Below, piece by piece: positions 1-11,654 of a DNA stretch of 64,000 nucleotides. A program made the position numbers and the translations under genes. The first letter of the stretch is position 1, and every line of letters begins with the position of its first letter. The notes under the pieces are model-generated. The model searched no databases, had not been told where the DNA came from, and saw nothing but the letters and a program-made list of their open reading frames with translations. The DNA is taken from positions 20,708,001-20,772,000 of the forward strand of contig NC_086108.1 in NCBI RefSeq assembly GCF_963921235.1, written 5' to 3'. Source of the stretch: Mobula hypostoma. Its lineage: Eukaryota.

Positions 1-147
1 TATAATTTAAATTTTTAATATTTACTAACCTTTACTATTTTTAATATTTAATATTTGTAATCCAGGGAGTGGGAAGCGCGGAATCAAATATCACTGTGAT
101 GATTGTACATTCTAGTACCAATTGTTTGGCGACAATAAAGTATAAAG
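1..147 (+). mobile_element. 3' tail of a Rex1/Babar-type LINE, cut by the window edge
   Basis: Matches the reverse complement of the 3' end of the LINE at 59342-59465 (gacaataaagtataaag terminus). Confidence 0.75.
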
Positions 148-1002
148 GTGGTAGAAAGCATTAAAGATGTGTGCTTACATACTTGATTGATCACTACCAA
201 GGTAAACAGGAAAATTTGTACCATTGACTACCATGTCAGCAGAAAGTCACAGACCACTATATCTTATTAACATGATTTAGAGTTTAAAAACATGTAATTA
301 TGAAAACCTATCATGAAGTAGGCAGTTATTGGCACATCCAAACAAAACATCTAATTTTTAAAAAGAATCTTGTGGAACTTTGTGAGATAGTGGTAGTTAC
401 GGTTTAATACATGGTTACTAGTATTTATTCCTTGACAATTGTTTTGTTCACCTTTTTAATTCAAGTTCATGTCATCATGACAATAGTAAAACAAGAACAG
501 AATGAGAAATACTTTTGAAATTTCAGCTTGCAAGCCTCAAAGTTATAATCCTCTAGTACACATCTTGACAATTTGTCATTTCTCTTTGTACTGATGTAGA
601 TGAGATAATATAAATGAAATATAATAGGGCTTTTGTAAAGACCTTGGTTTAAAAAAATAGATAATCACCAGCTATATGATGCAAAGAATTGTTTAAATAA
701 TTTGTACAATAAACACAACAATATAGCAGCGGGAATACAAAGTGTAAAAATATATATTCTCATTGGCAGGATTAATGCTGAAATAGTTGTATGTTCTTAT
801 ACAGTGGGATCTTGGTATACTGGACACAGGAAATTAACATGCAGGTAAACAATCAATTTAGAAGGAAAATGGTTTGTTGCTGCAATGTCAGGAAGTTGAA
901 GTTCAAAATAGTTTGCATTATTTGTTGTAACTCAGCCTCTATATTACTGTACCCTATGTTTGAGCTCTTTCTCAACATGAATGGCCCAAAGGAAAAGGCT
1001 CT

Positions 1003-1401
1003 TCATAGTCATACTTTATTGATCCCGGGGGGAAATTGGTTTTCGTTACAGTTGCACCATAAATAATAAATAGTAATAAAACCATAAATAGTTAAATAGT
1101 AATATGTAAATTATGCCAGGAAGTAAGTCCAGGACCAGCCTATTGGCTCAGGGTGTCTGACCCTCCAAGGGAGGAGTTGTAAAGTTTGATGGCCACAGGC
1201 AGGAATGACTTCGTATGATGCTCTGTTGCATCTCGGTGGAATGAGTCTCTGGCTGAATGTACTCCTGTGCCCAACCAGTACATTATGGAGTGGATGGGAG
1301 ACATTGTCCAAGATGGCATGCAACTTGGACAGCATCATCTTTTCAGACACCACCGTCAGAGAGTCCAGTTCCATTCCCACAACATCACTGGCCTTACGAA
1401 T
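1003..1401 (-). mobile_element. 5'-truncated Rex1/Babar-type LINE 3' fragment
   Basis: ORF 1111-1380 and 3' UTR are near-identical to copies at 44018-44556 and 59873-60430; GACTAT-type tail. Confidence 0.8.
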
Positions 1402-1664
1402 GTCCTAGTCATTTTCAATTGCTTATAACTAACTACTCCCACACCATAACTGGAATCATTATAAATGAACTTTAGTGTAAAATTGGCATAATAAAGCACC
1501 AGATTCAGAAAGATTGTGCACCTTCTATTGTTTTTTTTTCTCTTCAGTAGTTGAAATAGCACCTAAACCCCATTGTGAAGTCTTACAGAATGCTGGTCAT
1601 TGACCAGGAAAGATTGTCAAGGCTAGAAAAGCTGAATTTCAATGGACAGTTTATATCAATTAGG

Positions 1665-2104
1665 GACCCATAGTAACGTAGCGGGGAGGACAACGCTATT
1701 ACAACTCTGGGTGTCAGAAGTGTTGCATTTTGTAACTTCAAAGCATGAAACTAATTCAAAGGAAGATAGAAATCTGGGAAAGGAGGTCTAACTTAGTGTT
1801 TACTTTAAGCGAGGCACGCACGTATCACGTGGTAGATATGTGGTATGCAATTCACGTACTTGTACGTACAACTTGCAATGAATTATTGAAATCAGAGTTT
1901 AATTCTAGCGCTGTCTATAAGGAGTTTGTACATTCTCCCCATGACTATGTGGGTTTCCTCCAAGTCCAAAGATATACCAGGTCATTGAAAATTGCCCTGT
2001 GATTAGGCTAGTGTTAAATTAAGTAGGTTCCGGAATTGGGGGGGGGGGGGCAGGGGTGCTCATTGGGCTAGAAAGGCCTGTTTTGTACCCATAAATAAAT
2101 AATT
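1665..2104 (+). mobile_element. tRNA-derived V-SINE-like element interrupted by a ~170 bp insert (1721-1890)
   Basis: tRNA-like head (gtaacgtagcgg...acgctattaca), V-domain-like ggagtttgtacattctcccc...gtgggtttcctcc...gtccaaaga, CR1-like tail ending in (TAAA)n. Confidence 0.55.
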
Positions 2105-2220
2105 CAGGGACTCTTGGAAACTACTTCTCTCTCTATAAGGGTGCACTTACTCTTTTCAAGTAACATATCTTTTCAAGCAAACTTTCTTAAAAGGGTTACA
2201 ATGATGAGTCTACAATGATG

Positions 2221-2310
2221 CACACACAAAATGCTGAGCAGTGCAGGCAGCACCTATGGAAGTGTATAAACTGGCAATATTTCGGGCTGAGACCCTTAAT
2301 TAGGACTGAT
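2221..2310 (-). mobile_element. Decayed Penelope pseudo-LTR fragment with degenerate hammerhead
   Basis: cacacacaaaatgctg...gcagcacctatgga...tttcgggctgagacccttaattaggact aligns with the termini at 3020-3120 and 15761-15891. Confidence 0.6.
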
Positions 2311-3082
2311 GCTCCATGCACCAATGTTTCATTTACTCAAACAACAATCTTTTGGCCTCAACTTCCAAAAGAACACAGTATTGCTCCAATGCAAAGAGAA
2401 ATTGCTAGATTCTTTGTCGTGCCTGGTGGTCTGTTCCTTTGCAGATACACATGGTTCAGTCAAAACATTCCTATGTCTCAGCCATACTTTGGGCTTCTTG
2501 CTGGAGCCTTCTGGGTCAAATCAATGCATACCAAAATTAATACCTGCTCCAAGATTTTCACTAATGAGTTCCCAAAGGCAACAGCAGGTTCTTTCTTCAA
2601 AATTACATTTTAATGGAAAGAATTAAATAAACACAATATCTATCTAACAGATAAGCAAAAACAGAACTTTTACCATTCATTTAACATCTATAAATGTTTC
2701 ACATTTGATGTCCTCTGATATTACTGAGCAGGATAAAATTTCAAAATGATCATGAACCACATACTCTGCTCAGATTCTATATAAGATAACTATTTGAAAA
2801 GTTCCATATTTTCTGGTAAAATGTGGTGACAGCACACACAACAACCAGTATCTGGCTATTTCATCACAGTTATGCGATGTATCAGTGTGCAAATTGACAT
2901 CTGTTCGAAAGCACTTTGGTTCAGTATTCCATTGGCTGAAAAATACTTGAGAATTCTGAAGTTCTGTAAAGACAGTTTTTAATGGGGAGCACGAGGAATT
3001 CTGCGGATGCTGGAAATTCAAGCAACACACATCAAAGTGCTGGTGAACGCAGCAGGCCAGGCAGCATCTCTAGGAAGAGGTA

Positions 3083-3120
3083 CAGTTGACATTTCGGGCC
3101 GAGACCCTTCGTCAGGACTA
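3083..3120 (-). ncRNA. Minimal type I hammerhead ribozyme motif (partly decayed)
   Basis: UAGUC CUGACGA A GGG-UCUCGG-CCC GAAA UGUC AACUG: core and stem II intact, mismatch in stem I. Confidence 0.65.
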
Positions 3121-6100
3121 ACTGAAGGAAGAGCTAGTAAGAGATTTGAAAGTGGGAGGGGGAGGGGGAGGGATGGAGCCAATAGCTGGACAGGTGATTG
3201 GCAAAAGGGATATGAGAGGATCATGGGACAGGAGGCCCAGGGAGAAGGAAAAGCGAGTGGGGGGGGGAAGGGAACCCAGAGGATGGGCCAGGGGTATAGT
3301 CAGAGGGACAGAGGGAGAAAAAGGAGAGACACAGAAAGAATGTGTGTGTATATAAATAAATAAATAACGGATGGGGTATGAGGGGGAGGTGGGGTATTAG
3401 CGTAAGTTAGAGACGTCAATGTTCATGCCATCAGGTTGGAGGCTACCCATACGGAATATAAGGTGTTGTTCCTCCAACCTGAGTGTGGCTTCATCTTTCC
3501 AGTAGAGGAGGCCGTGGATAGACATGTCAGAATGGGAATGGGATGTGGAATTAAAATACGTGGCCACTGGGAGATCCTGCTTTCTCTGGCAGACAGAGCG
3601 TAGGTGTTCAGCAAAACGACCTCCCAGTCTGCATCAGGTCTCGCCAGTATATAGAAGGCCACATCGGGAGCACCGGATGCAGTATATCACCCCAGCCGAC
3701 TCACAGGTGAAGTGTCGCCTCACCTGGAAGGACTGTTTGGGGCCCTGAATGGTGGTAAGAGAGGAAGTGTAAGGCATGTGTAGCACTTGTTCTGCTTACA
3801 AGGATAAGTGCCAGGAGGGAGATCGGTGGGGAGGGATGGGGGGGACGAATGGACAAGGGAGTCGCGTAGGGAGCGATCCCTGCAGAAAGCAGACGGGGGG
3901 GGTGGAGGGAAAGATGTGCTTAGTGGTGGGATCCCGTTGGAGGTGGCCGAAGTTACGGAGAATAATATGTTGGACCCAGAGGCTGGTGGGGTGGTAGGTG
4001 AGGACCAGGGGAACCCTATTCCTAGTGGGTAGCGGGAGGATGGAGTGAGAGCAGATGTGCATGAAATGGGGGGGATACGTTTGAGAGCAGAGTTGAAAAG
4101 GAGGACATCTCCCTTGTCCTGGAATGAAAAGCCTCATCCTGAGAGCAGATGCGGTGGAGATAGAGGAATTGCGAGAAAGGGGTGGTATTTTTGCAAGAGA
4201 CAGGGTGAAAAGAGGAATAGTCCAGATAGCTGTGAGAGTCAGTAGGCTTATAGTAGACATCAGTAGATAAGCTGTCTCCAGAGATAGAGACAGAAAGATC
4301 TAGAAAGGGGAGGGAGGTGTCGGAAATGGACCAGGTAAACTTGAAGGCAGGGTGAATGTTGGAGGCAAAGTTAATGAAGTCAACGAGCTCAGCATGCACG
4401 CAGGAAGCATTGTTCCACAAAGCCAACAAAAAGGCAGGCATAGCTAGGACCCATATGGGTGCCCATAGCAACACCTTTGGTTTGGAGGAAGTGGGAGGAG
4501 CCAAAGGAGAAATTATTAAGAGTAAGGACTAATTCTGCTAGATGGAGCAGAGTGGTGGTAGAGGGGAACTGATTTGGTCTGGAATCCAAAAAGAAGCAGA
4601 GAGCTTTGAGACCTTCCTGATGGGGGATGGAAGTATATAGGGACTGGACATTCGTGGTGAAAATAAAGCGGTGGGGGCCAGGGAACTTAAAATCATCGAA
4701 AAGTTTCAGAGCGTGAGAAGTGTCACGAACATAGGTAGGAAGGGATTGAAACAAGGGGGGATAAAACCATGTCGAGGTATGCAGAAACGGGTTCGGTGGG
4801 GCAGGAGCAAGCTGAGACAATAGGTCTGCAGGACAGGCAGGTTTGTGGATTTTGGGTAGGAGGTAGAAACGGGAAGTGTGAGGTGTGGGAACTATAAGGT
4901 TGGTAGCAGTGGACGGGAGATCCCTTGAGCGGATAAAGTTGGTGATGATGTGGGAGACAATGGCCTGGTGCTCCTTAGCGGGGTCACGATCGAGGGGTAA
5001 ATAAAAGGAGGTATCCGCGAGTTGTTGCTGTGCCTTGGCACGGTAGAGGTCAGTATGCCAGACTATAACAGCACCCCACCTTATCGGCGGGTTTAATAGT
5101 AAGGTTAGGAGTAGTGCGGATGGAGTGGAGAGCAGAGCGTTTGGAAGGAGTAAGGTTGGAATGGGAACAAGGTGCGGTAAAGTCGAGACCATAGAAACTA
5201 CAGCACAGAAACAGGCCTTTGAGACGGTTGATGTCCCGTTGACAGTTAGCAATAAAGAGATCCAGAGCAGGCAGAAGACCAGAGTGGGGTGTCCATTAAG
5301 AGGAGGAGGGTTGAAGATGGGAGAAGGGGTCATCGGTGGGGGTGGAAGAGTCTGTGCCGAAGAAGTACGGATGGAGACGGCGTAAGAAGAGTTCCATGTC
5401 ATGGCAAACACAGAACTCGCTGAGGTGTGGGCAAAGGGGGACAAAGGTGAGGCCCTTACTGAGAACAGAGCGTTCTGCCTCCGACAGTTGAAGGTCGGAG
5501 GGGATGGTAAAGACCCGGCACGGATGAGAGCTGGGATCAGAGGGGGGAGGGGGGAGGCTGAGAGTGTCAGTGGAGAGGGTAGGGTTGGGGTGAGAGGAAG
5601 ATGGAGCCTCTGAGGGTCCAGGAGCTGACGGTGGGATCTGAGGGAGACGGGGTTGCAGAGTGGTGGTGGGGGAAGGGGAGATGGGAGTCACAATAGCAGC
5701 ACATAAAGACCCGGCCTGGAGTTCAAGGCTGGAGTCGCAGTTGGTGGTTGCGCAATCGCTGTGAAGGTGTCCATGGTCGTTGCTGGAGTCCGGGTTTTGA
5801 ATATGCCCTGTGGTGTTGGAGCCGGCGAGATCAGTGGCAGGGGCCGCAATCTGAAGTTCATGCGTGCTAGCATCAGGGCCAGCAGGCTCTGGGGTCTGCG
5901 GATGTAAGATCTTGTGATATTTGCCTAACATGACAAAGTCAAAAAAAAACGGCAATTGCAGGCATGGATCCGACCGAGGATGACCACACTACGGCCTCCC
6001 AGTGGCCACACATTTTAATTCCACATCCCATTCCCATTCTGATATGTCTATCCACGGCCTCCTCTACTGTAAAGATGAAGCCACATTCAGGTTGGAGGAA

Positions 6101-6392
6101 TAACACCTTATTTTCCGTCTGGGTGGCCTCCAACCTGATGGCATGAACATTGACTTCTCTAACTTCCGCTAATGCCCCACCCTCCCCTCGTACCCCATCC
6201 GTTATTTATTTATTTATTCCTCTTCTTCCCCCCCCTCCCTGGGCCTCCTGTCCCATGATCCTCTCATATCCCTTTTGCCAATCACCTGTCCAGCCTTTGG
6301 CTCCATCCCTCCCCCTCCTGTCTTCTCCTATCATTTTGGATCTCCCCCTCCCCCTCCCCCTTTTCAAATCTCTTACTAGCTCTTCCTTCAGT

Positions 6393-6430
6393 TAGTCCTG
6401 ACGAAGGGTCTCGGCTGGAAACATCGACTG
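6393..6430 (+). ncRNA. Minimal hammerhead ribozyme motif (stem II damaged)
   Basis: UAGUC CUGACGA AGGGUCUCGGCUG GAAA CAUC GACUG. Confidence 0.6.
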
Positions 6431-8759
6431 TACCTCTTCCTATAGATGCCTGGCCTGCTGCGTTCACTGGCACGTTGTGTGTTGCTTTTAATTGGGAGCT
6501 CTCTTCTTGTGGGTAAGAGCAAATACACCACCACAAAGATGTGTGTCTATACTGATAGAAAATAACATTGCTATCATCTGTTCTATGCTAGGAATACAAA
6601 ACAATTGACAGCTATATTCAAAGGAGAGCAAAAGAGTTCTTTACATATTCATTACAGTGTCCCCTGTTCATATTTATTCCATAATTAATGTCAGTAATAA
6701 AAAAATTACTTGGCAATTTATCCCATTATGTTAGACATATAGCAATGCATACACCTGGCTGTATCTATTACACTGAAGTAGTATATATACACTTCAGATG
6801 TACCTTGTGTTGTATGAAATTTGGTGAACCTCCCAAGTGCTATACTTTTGAGGTACAATGACTTTTTTATTATAATACATTTGGGAAGCTTGCAACAGGT
6901 CTAACAAACACCACAGAAGTTACTGGTATTGCTGCAATACCTAAGACCTCTCATTTCAACAACATATGGCCTCCAAACTGATTCTTCTATTATTATGATC
7001 TAATAAATGTTCTTCAATTTACTAAATGCACAAAGTCCTGTAAGGTACGTTGTAAGCTATTTTAAACCAGAACATTCATGAATCCTTGAACAATATCAGT
7101 GAATTATAATAATCAGCTGTCTTCCTCTGAATTAATGAGCAACACAAGCAGTTAATTCCTGCTTATAATTAACTAGACAGCTTAATTTAGATGTATATTT
7201 TTCCCAAATAATTAATAGCTTGATCTTAAAAAAAATGTATTCAAATATATTAATGCTGGAATTTAATTTTAAACTATGCTCTTCTGAGAATATAAACAAA
7301 GAAACATATTGAAAATTAGAACAGCTATTTGCCAAGAACTAAAAAAGACTCTTGATATCTAATCTCAGGTCCCATCTATGCTTCTTTGCATTTAGGTTAC
7401 AATAAAACCTCTGATCATCTCCCTTGGATGGCAGTTATATCAGAACACACAGTAAACACTGTCAACCCATGGTAGATGCAGTGGGCAACTTCAATGTTCC
7501 ATTCTTAAGCTTACGTCTTAGGCATTTTAATAATTTGGGCCACAAAACCTACTAAAACAATGAGAATCCAATTAGGCACAAGTAGCTTTCATTATTCAGT
7601 AACGTGATACTTACTTACAACAGTATTCCAGTATATTGATAATTACATTCAATTCAGTATAAAAATAATTTAAGTTAAAAACTGAAGCTCGGCATTATGC
7701 AAATATGTTATCAATCAATGAAATGCTAAACACCACAGCAACTGTTGAGGAATTTTGTTTCGGCCTCAAATTTAAACATGGTTTAGAATCTGTGGTCAGT
7801 GCTGAAGTAAAAATACTTTAACCTCAAAGCAAACAATAAAGATTGAGCATTTTCTATCGGGGAGGGGGAACTCCCCTTTTCGGAGGATGTCGACAATTGG
7901 CTCAAATGGGATTGCAGATGCCCTGCAGTTTTAATATTATCATATCATCCAATCCCACCCCTGTATCCTTTTAAAATAACAAACATCAACATCATTACTA
8001 AATAAGAATTCCCCAAGTCTTAGTGAATTCTCCATCTTCTCGGTTCTATTTCATAAAATTGTCATCTCTATCATGCACTCCACTCTTCCCATTCTAACAA
8101 TCATGACAGAGCTTCTAAATATGATAAACCCACTCACTTAAACCATTTTCCCTTTTGGCTTAAAGTCCATGCCTTGCTACATTACTCCTGATTTTCCAAA
8201 GTCTCGTTAAAATGTACCTTAAACCAGCTTTCCCCAATATTTACGTGCTAATTTGTGCATCACCTGGAAACTCTTCTCAACATTAAGGCTGCATTCCACA
8301 CTGCATACAAAATAAGAAAAATATACTGGAAATGACTTGAAACAGGATAACAGACTGAACCAAAGTTTTCTAACATTTTTCCTGATCTTTTTGCATCCAC
8401 TAGTCAAAACATTATATAACACTTACTGGAAAGGCAAACTCAGGAAGTTTATTTTTAAACTGCAAACCAAATTATTGTAGTTTTCACTCATGATTCACAA
8501 TATTTTATCCCATTCCAACTGATATAAGGATTTTAAAATACCAAATGATGCATTATTAAAGATAAGAGTGGAAAAAAATTAAAAGGCCTTGAAAATCTTG
8601 TCAAAATATTTAAAAGCCAAATAGACAAACATTTTCTACATAAACTACTCCCTGGGTGGGTCAGCTGCATATTGCACAAAGGGAATAAAACTCTTTACAT
8701 AAATGAAGTTTCCATTGTCATCCATGGTGGTATAATTACAACCATTTTTTTGACATATA

Positions 8760-10382
8760 GAGTGCCTATAAAAAAGCATTCATACTCCTTGGAAGTTTTC
8801 ATGTTTTATCGTTTTACAACATTGAATCACAGTGGATTTAATTTGGCTATTTTGACACTGATCAACAGGAAAGACTCTTTTGTGTAAAGTGAAAACAAAT
8901 TTCAACAAATTGGTCTAAATTTATTACAATTATTAAACACAAAATAATTGATTGCATTATTACTCACCCCTTTATGTCAGTATTTAGTAGATGCACCTTT
9001 GGCAGTAAATACAGCCTTTAGTCTGAGTGGATAGGTCTCTATCTGCTTTGCACATCCAGTCACTGCAATTTTTTCCCATTCTTCTTTACAAAGCTGCTCA
9101 AGCTGTCAGATTGCATGGGGATTGTGAGACAGCAACCCTTTTCAAGTCCAGCCACAAATTCTCATTTGGATTGAAGTGTGGATTCTGACTTGGCCATTCC
9201 AGGACATTAACTTTGTCGTTTTAAGCTGCTCCTGTGTAGCCTTGGCATTATACTTGGGTCATTGTCTTGCTGGAAAACAAATCTTCTCCTAAGACCCAGC
9301 TCTCTTGCAGTCTGCATCAGGTTTTCCTCCAGGATTTCCCTGCATTTTGCTGCATTCATTTTTCCCTCCACCTTCACAAGCCTTTCAGGGCCTGCTACAG
9401 TGAAGCATCTTCACAGCATGATGCAGCCACCACCAAGCTTTACAATAGGGATGGTGTGTTTTTGATGATGTGCGGTGTTTGGCTTATACTAAACATCGCG
9501 TTTAGTTTGATGGCCAAAAAGCTCAATTTTGGTTTCATCAGACCATAGAACCTTCTTCCAGCTGACTTCAGAGTCTCCTACATGCCTTCTGGCAAACTGT
9601 AGCTGAGATTTCATGTGAGTTTTTTTTCAACAGTGGCGTTCACTTTGCCACTCTCCCATAAAGCTGCAACTGGTGAAGTGCCAGGCAACAGTTGTTGATG
9701 TACAGTGTCTCCCATCTCAGCCCTGAAGCCTATAACTCCTCCACAGGTGACATAGCTTTCTTGGTGGGCCTCCCTCACTAGTCTCCTTCTTGCACGGTCA
9801 CTCAGTTTTTGAGGACAGTCTGCTCTAGGCAGATTTACACTGTGCCATATTCTTTCTATTTCTTGATGACTGACTTAACTGTGCTCCAAGGGATATTCAG
9901 TGACTTGAAATTTCCTGATATTCATCTCCTGACTTGTGCTTTTCAATAATCTTTTTGTTGAGTTGCTTGGAGTGCTCTTTTGTCTTCATGGTGAAGATTT
10001 TGCCAGGATACTGACTCACCAGGAGTTAGACCTTCCAGATGCAGGTCTGTTTTTACTACAATCTTCTTGACTCCAAAAACAGATCTCCATTTAACTAATC
10101 AAGTGACTTCTAAAACTGACTATACCAGTGATGATTTGGTGTGTTATATTAAAGTGGATGAATACTTATTCAATCAATTATTTTATGTTTTATATTTGTA
10201 ATTTATATCACTTTGCAGAGATCTGTTTTCACTATGACATGAGTCTTTTCTGTTGATCAGTGTCAAAAAAAAAAGCCAGATTAAATCCACTGTGATTCAA
10301 TATTGTTAAACAATAAAACATGAAAACATCCAAGCAATGGGGGGTGGGGGGGAGGCATGGTGAATACTTTTTATAGGCACTG
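8760..10382 (-). mobile_element. Tc1-family DNA transposon, full length, pseudogenised transposase
   Basis: Long (~200 bp) inverted repeats starting agtgcctataaaaa / tttttataggcactg, flanked by TA; minus-strand motifs WKKVLWSDET, VKLGGGCIML*, FQQDNDPK, EWPSQNPHFNPNENLW. Confidence 0.92.
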
Positions 10383-10482
10383 TATTAATTAAAAATGACA
10401 GGAGCACATCTGGCATGAATTAATAATCTTCATCAGGGAAGAGCAGAACATGCCTGAAAAATCAGATAGGCAGTATTTTTGA

Positions 10483-10565
10483 AAAACAAGGGAAAATCTT
10501 CAGATGCTGGAAATCCAAGCAACACACACAACATGCAGGAGTTGCTCCAGCATGTTGTGTGTGAT
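10483..10565. mobile_element. 83 bp Penelope-terminus foldback mini-element
   Basis: Penelope tail plus 19 bp inverted arms 10523-10541 / 10545-10563; TSD gcagtatttttga 10470-10482 / gtagtatttttga 10566-10578. Confidence 0.75.
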
Positions 10566-11654
10566 GTAGTATTTTTGACCAACTTCAAGAAAGGAATTCA
10601 AGTCATCATTGCAAGGATTGCCCCACTAGCTGTCAAAGAGAAAGTCATGACAGAGTTTTCCTTAATTAGCACTCTATATTTCTAAATGGTTTATGGCAAT
10701 GTGGATTCTGCCTGTCAAGAGGCACCCTGAGTGTGTTTGTCACCATGTAACAAATTCTAGAGGGAAACAGCAAAGATGGCACCTAATGCAAAACAAATAA
10801 AACTGCAATCTGAAATCTGAAACAAAAGCAAAAAAAAAATGCTGCAAGAACCCAGCCAGTCTCAGTGAAAAGAGAATTCCAGGTAATATTTCAAGTTGAA
10901 GATGCTTCATCGCATGAATGATCTTCAATCGATGAAATTTACTGTTTTTTCATCTATAATTGCTGCTTGAATGATGCACCTAACTTCTCTGACCTAACAA
11001 ACACCTTCAATTTCATCAACCAATTAGAAAAATAGAGAATCCTTTTTGAATATACCTACCCTCATAAATCTATGACCATTCTTCACTTACAATCTTAGTC
11101 AACAGACACAATCCAGTGTAGCATGAAACTAGGTGAGTATATAACAATGCTACCCCCTTAATCTCCCTCAGTGAAAATACTTCACCTCACCTCCAACGTA
11201 TTTCCAGATGGAGTGGTGTTAATCTACAATACATACAGGAAATTATTTAACATTCCTCATCTTTGTCCCAGTATAAAAATTACATCAATGTCTGTCAGTG
11301 AGTTAATATGAGAAATAGAACACAAGCAAGGCATTTGCCCCCCCCCCCCCCCAATCCCCCCACTCCATCACATTATAGCTGATCTCTAATCTTGTACCAG
11401 GAAGCTACACAATTCTGGTATCCCTTGATTTTCTGCTATTTAAAAATCTATCAGTCCCTGCCGTGAATGTACTCAGTGACTGATCCTTCAATGCCTTCTT
11501 CGTTAATGAATTTCAAAGATTCACCACCGTCTGGATGAAGAATTGTTTCCCCCAATTCTGTTATGAATGGCCAATTCATTATTATAAGGGTGTGACTACT
11601 TGTTCCTGACATGTATCTATAGGAAACATCAACCTCACCAAGCCCCTTAAAAAG

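Larger units (their letters stand above)
2991..6485 (-). mobile_element. Penelope-like retroelement (Neptune type), defective, with an inverted 3'-end copy at 5996-6487
   Basis: Frameshifted ORF pieces give LSKGLTF, FYLLPKIHKP, VQSLYTSIP, GVAMGTHMGPSYA and GIY-YIG remnants; the YIDD segment is deleted near 4410; TSD ttttaatggggagc 2977-2990 / ttttaattgggagc 6486-6499. Confidence 0.92.

Noticed and set aside
3007..3363. Recurrent short ORFs (LVNAAGQAAS...) at 3007, 6282, 18800, 22001 and 63614
   Set aside because: Antisense translations of the Penelope terminus; they recur because the repeat recurs.
7863..7878. Short palindrome aggggga-ac-tccccct
   Set aside because: Too short; expected by chance in 64 kb.
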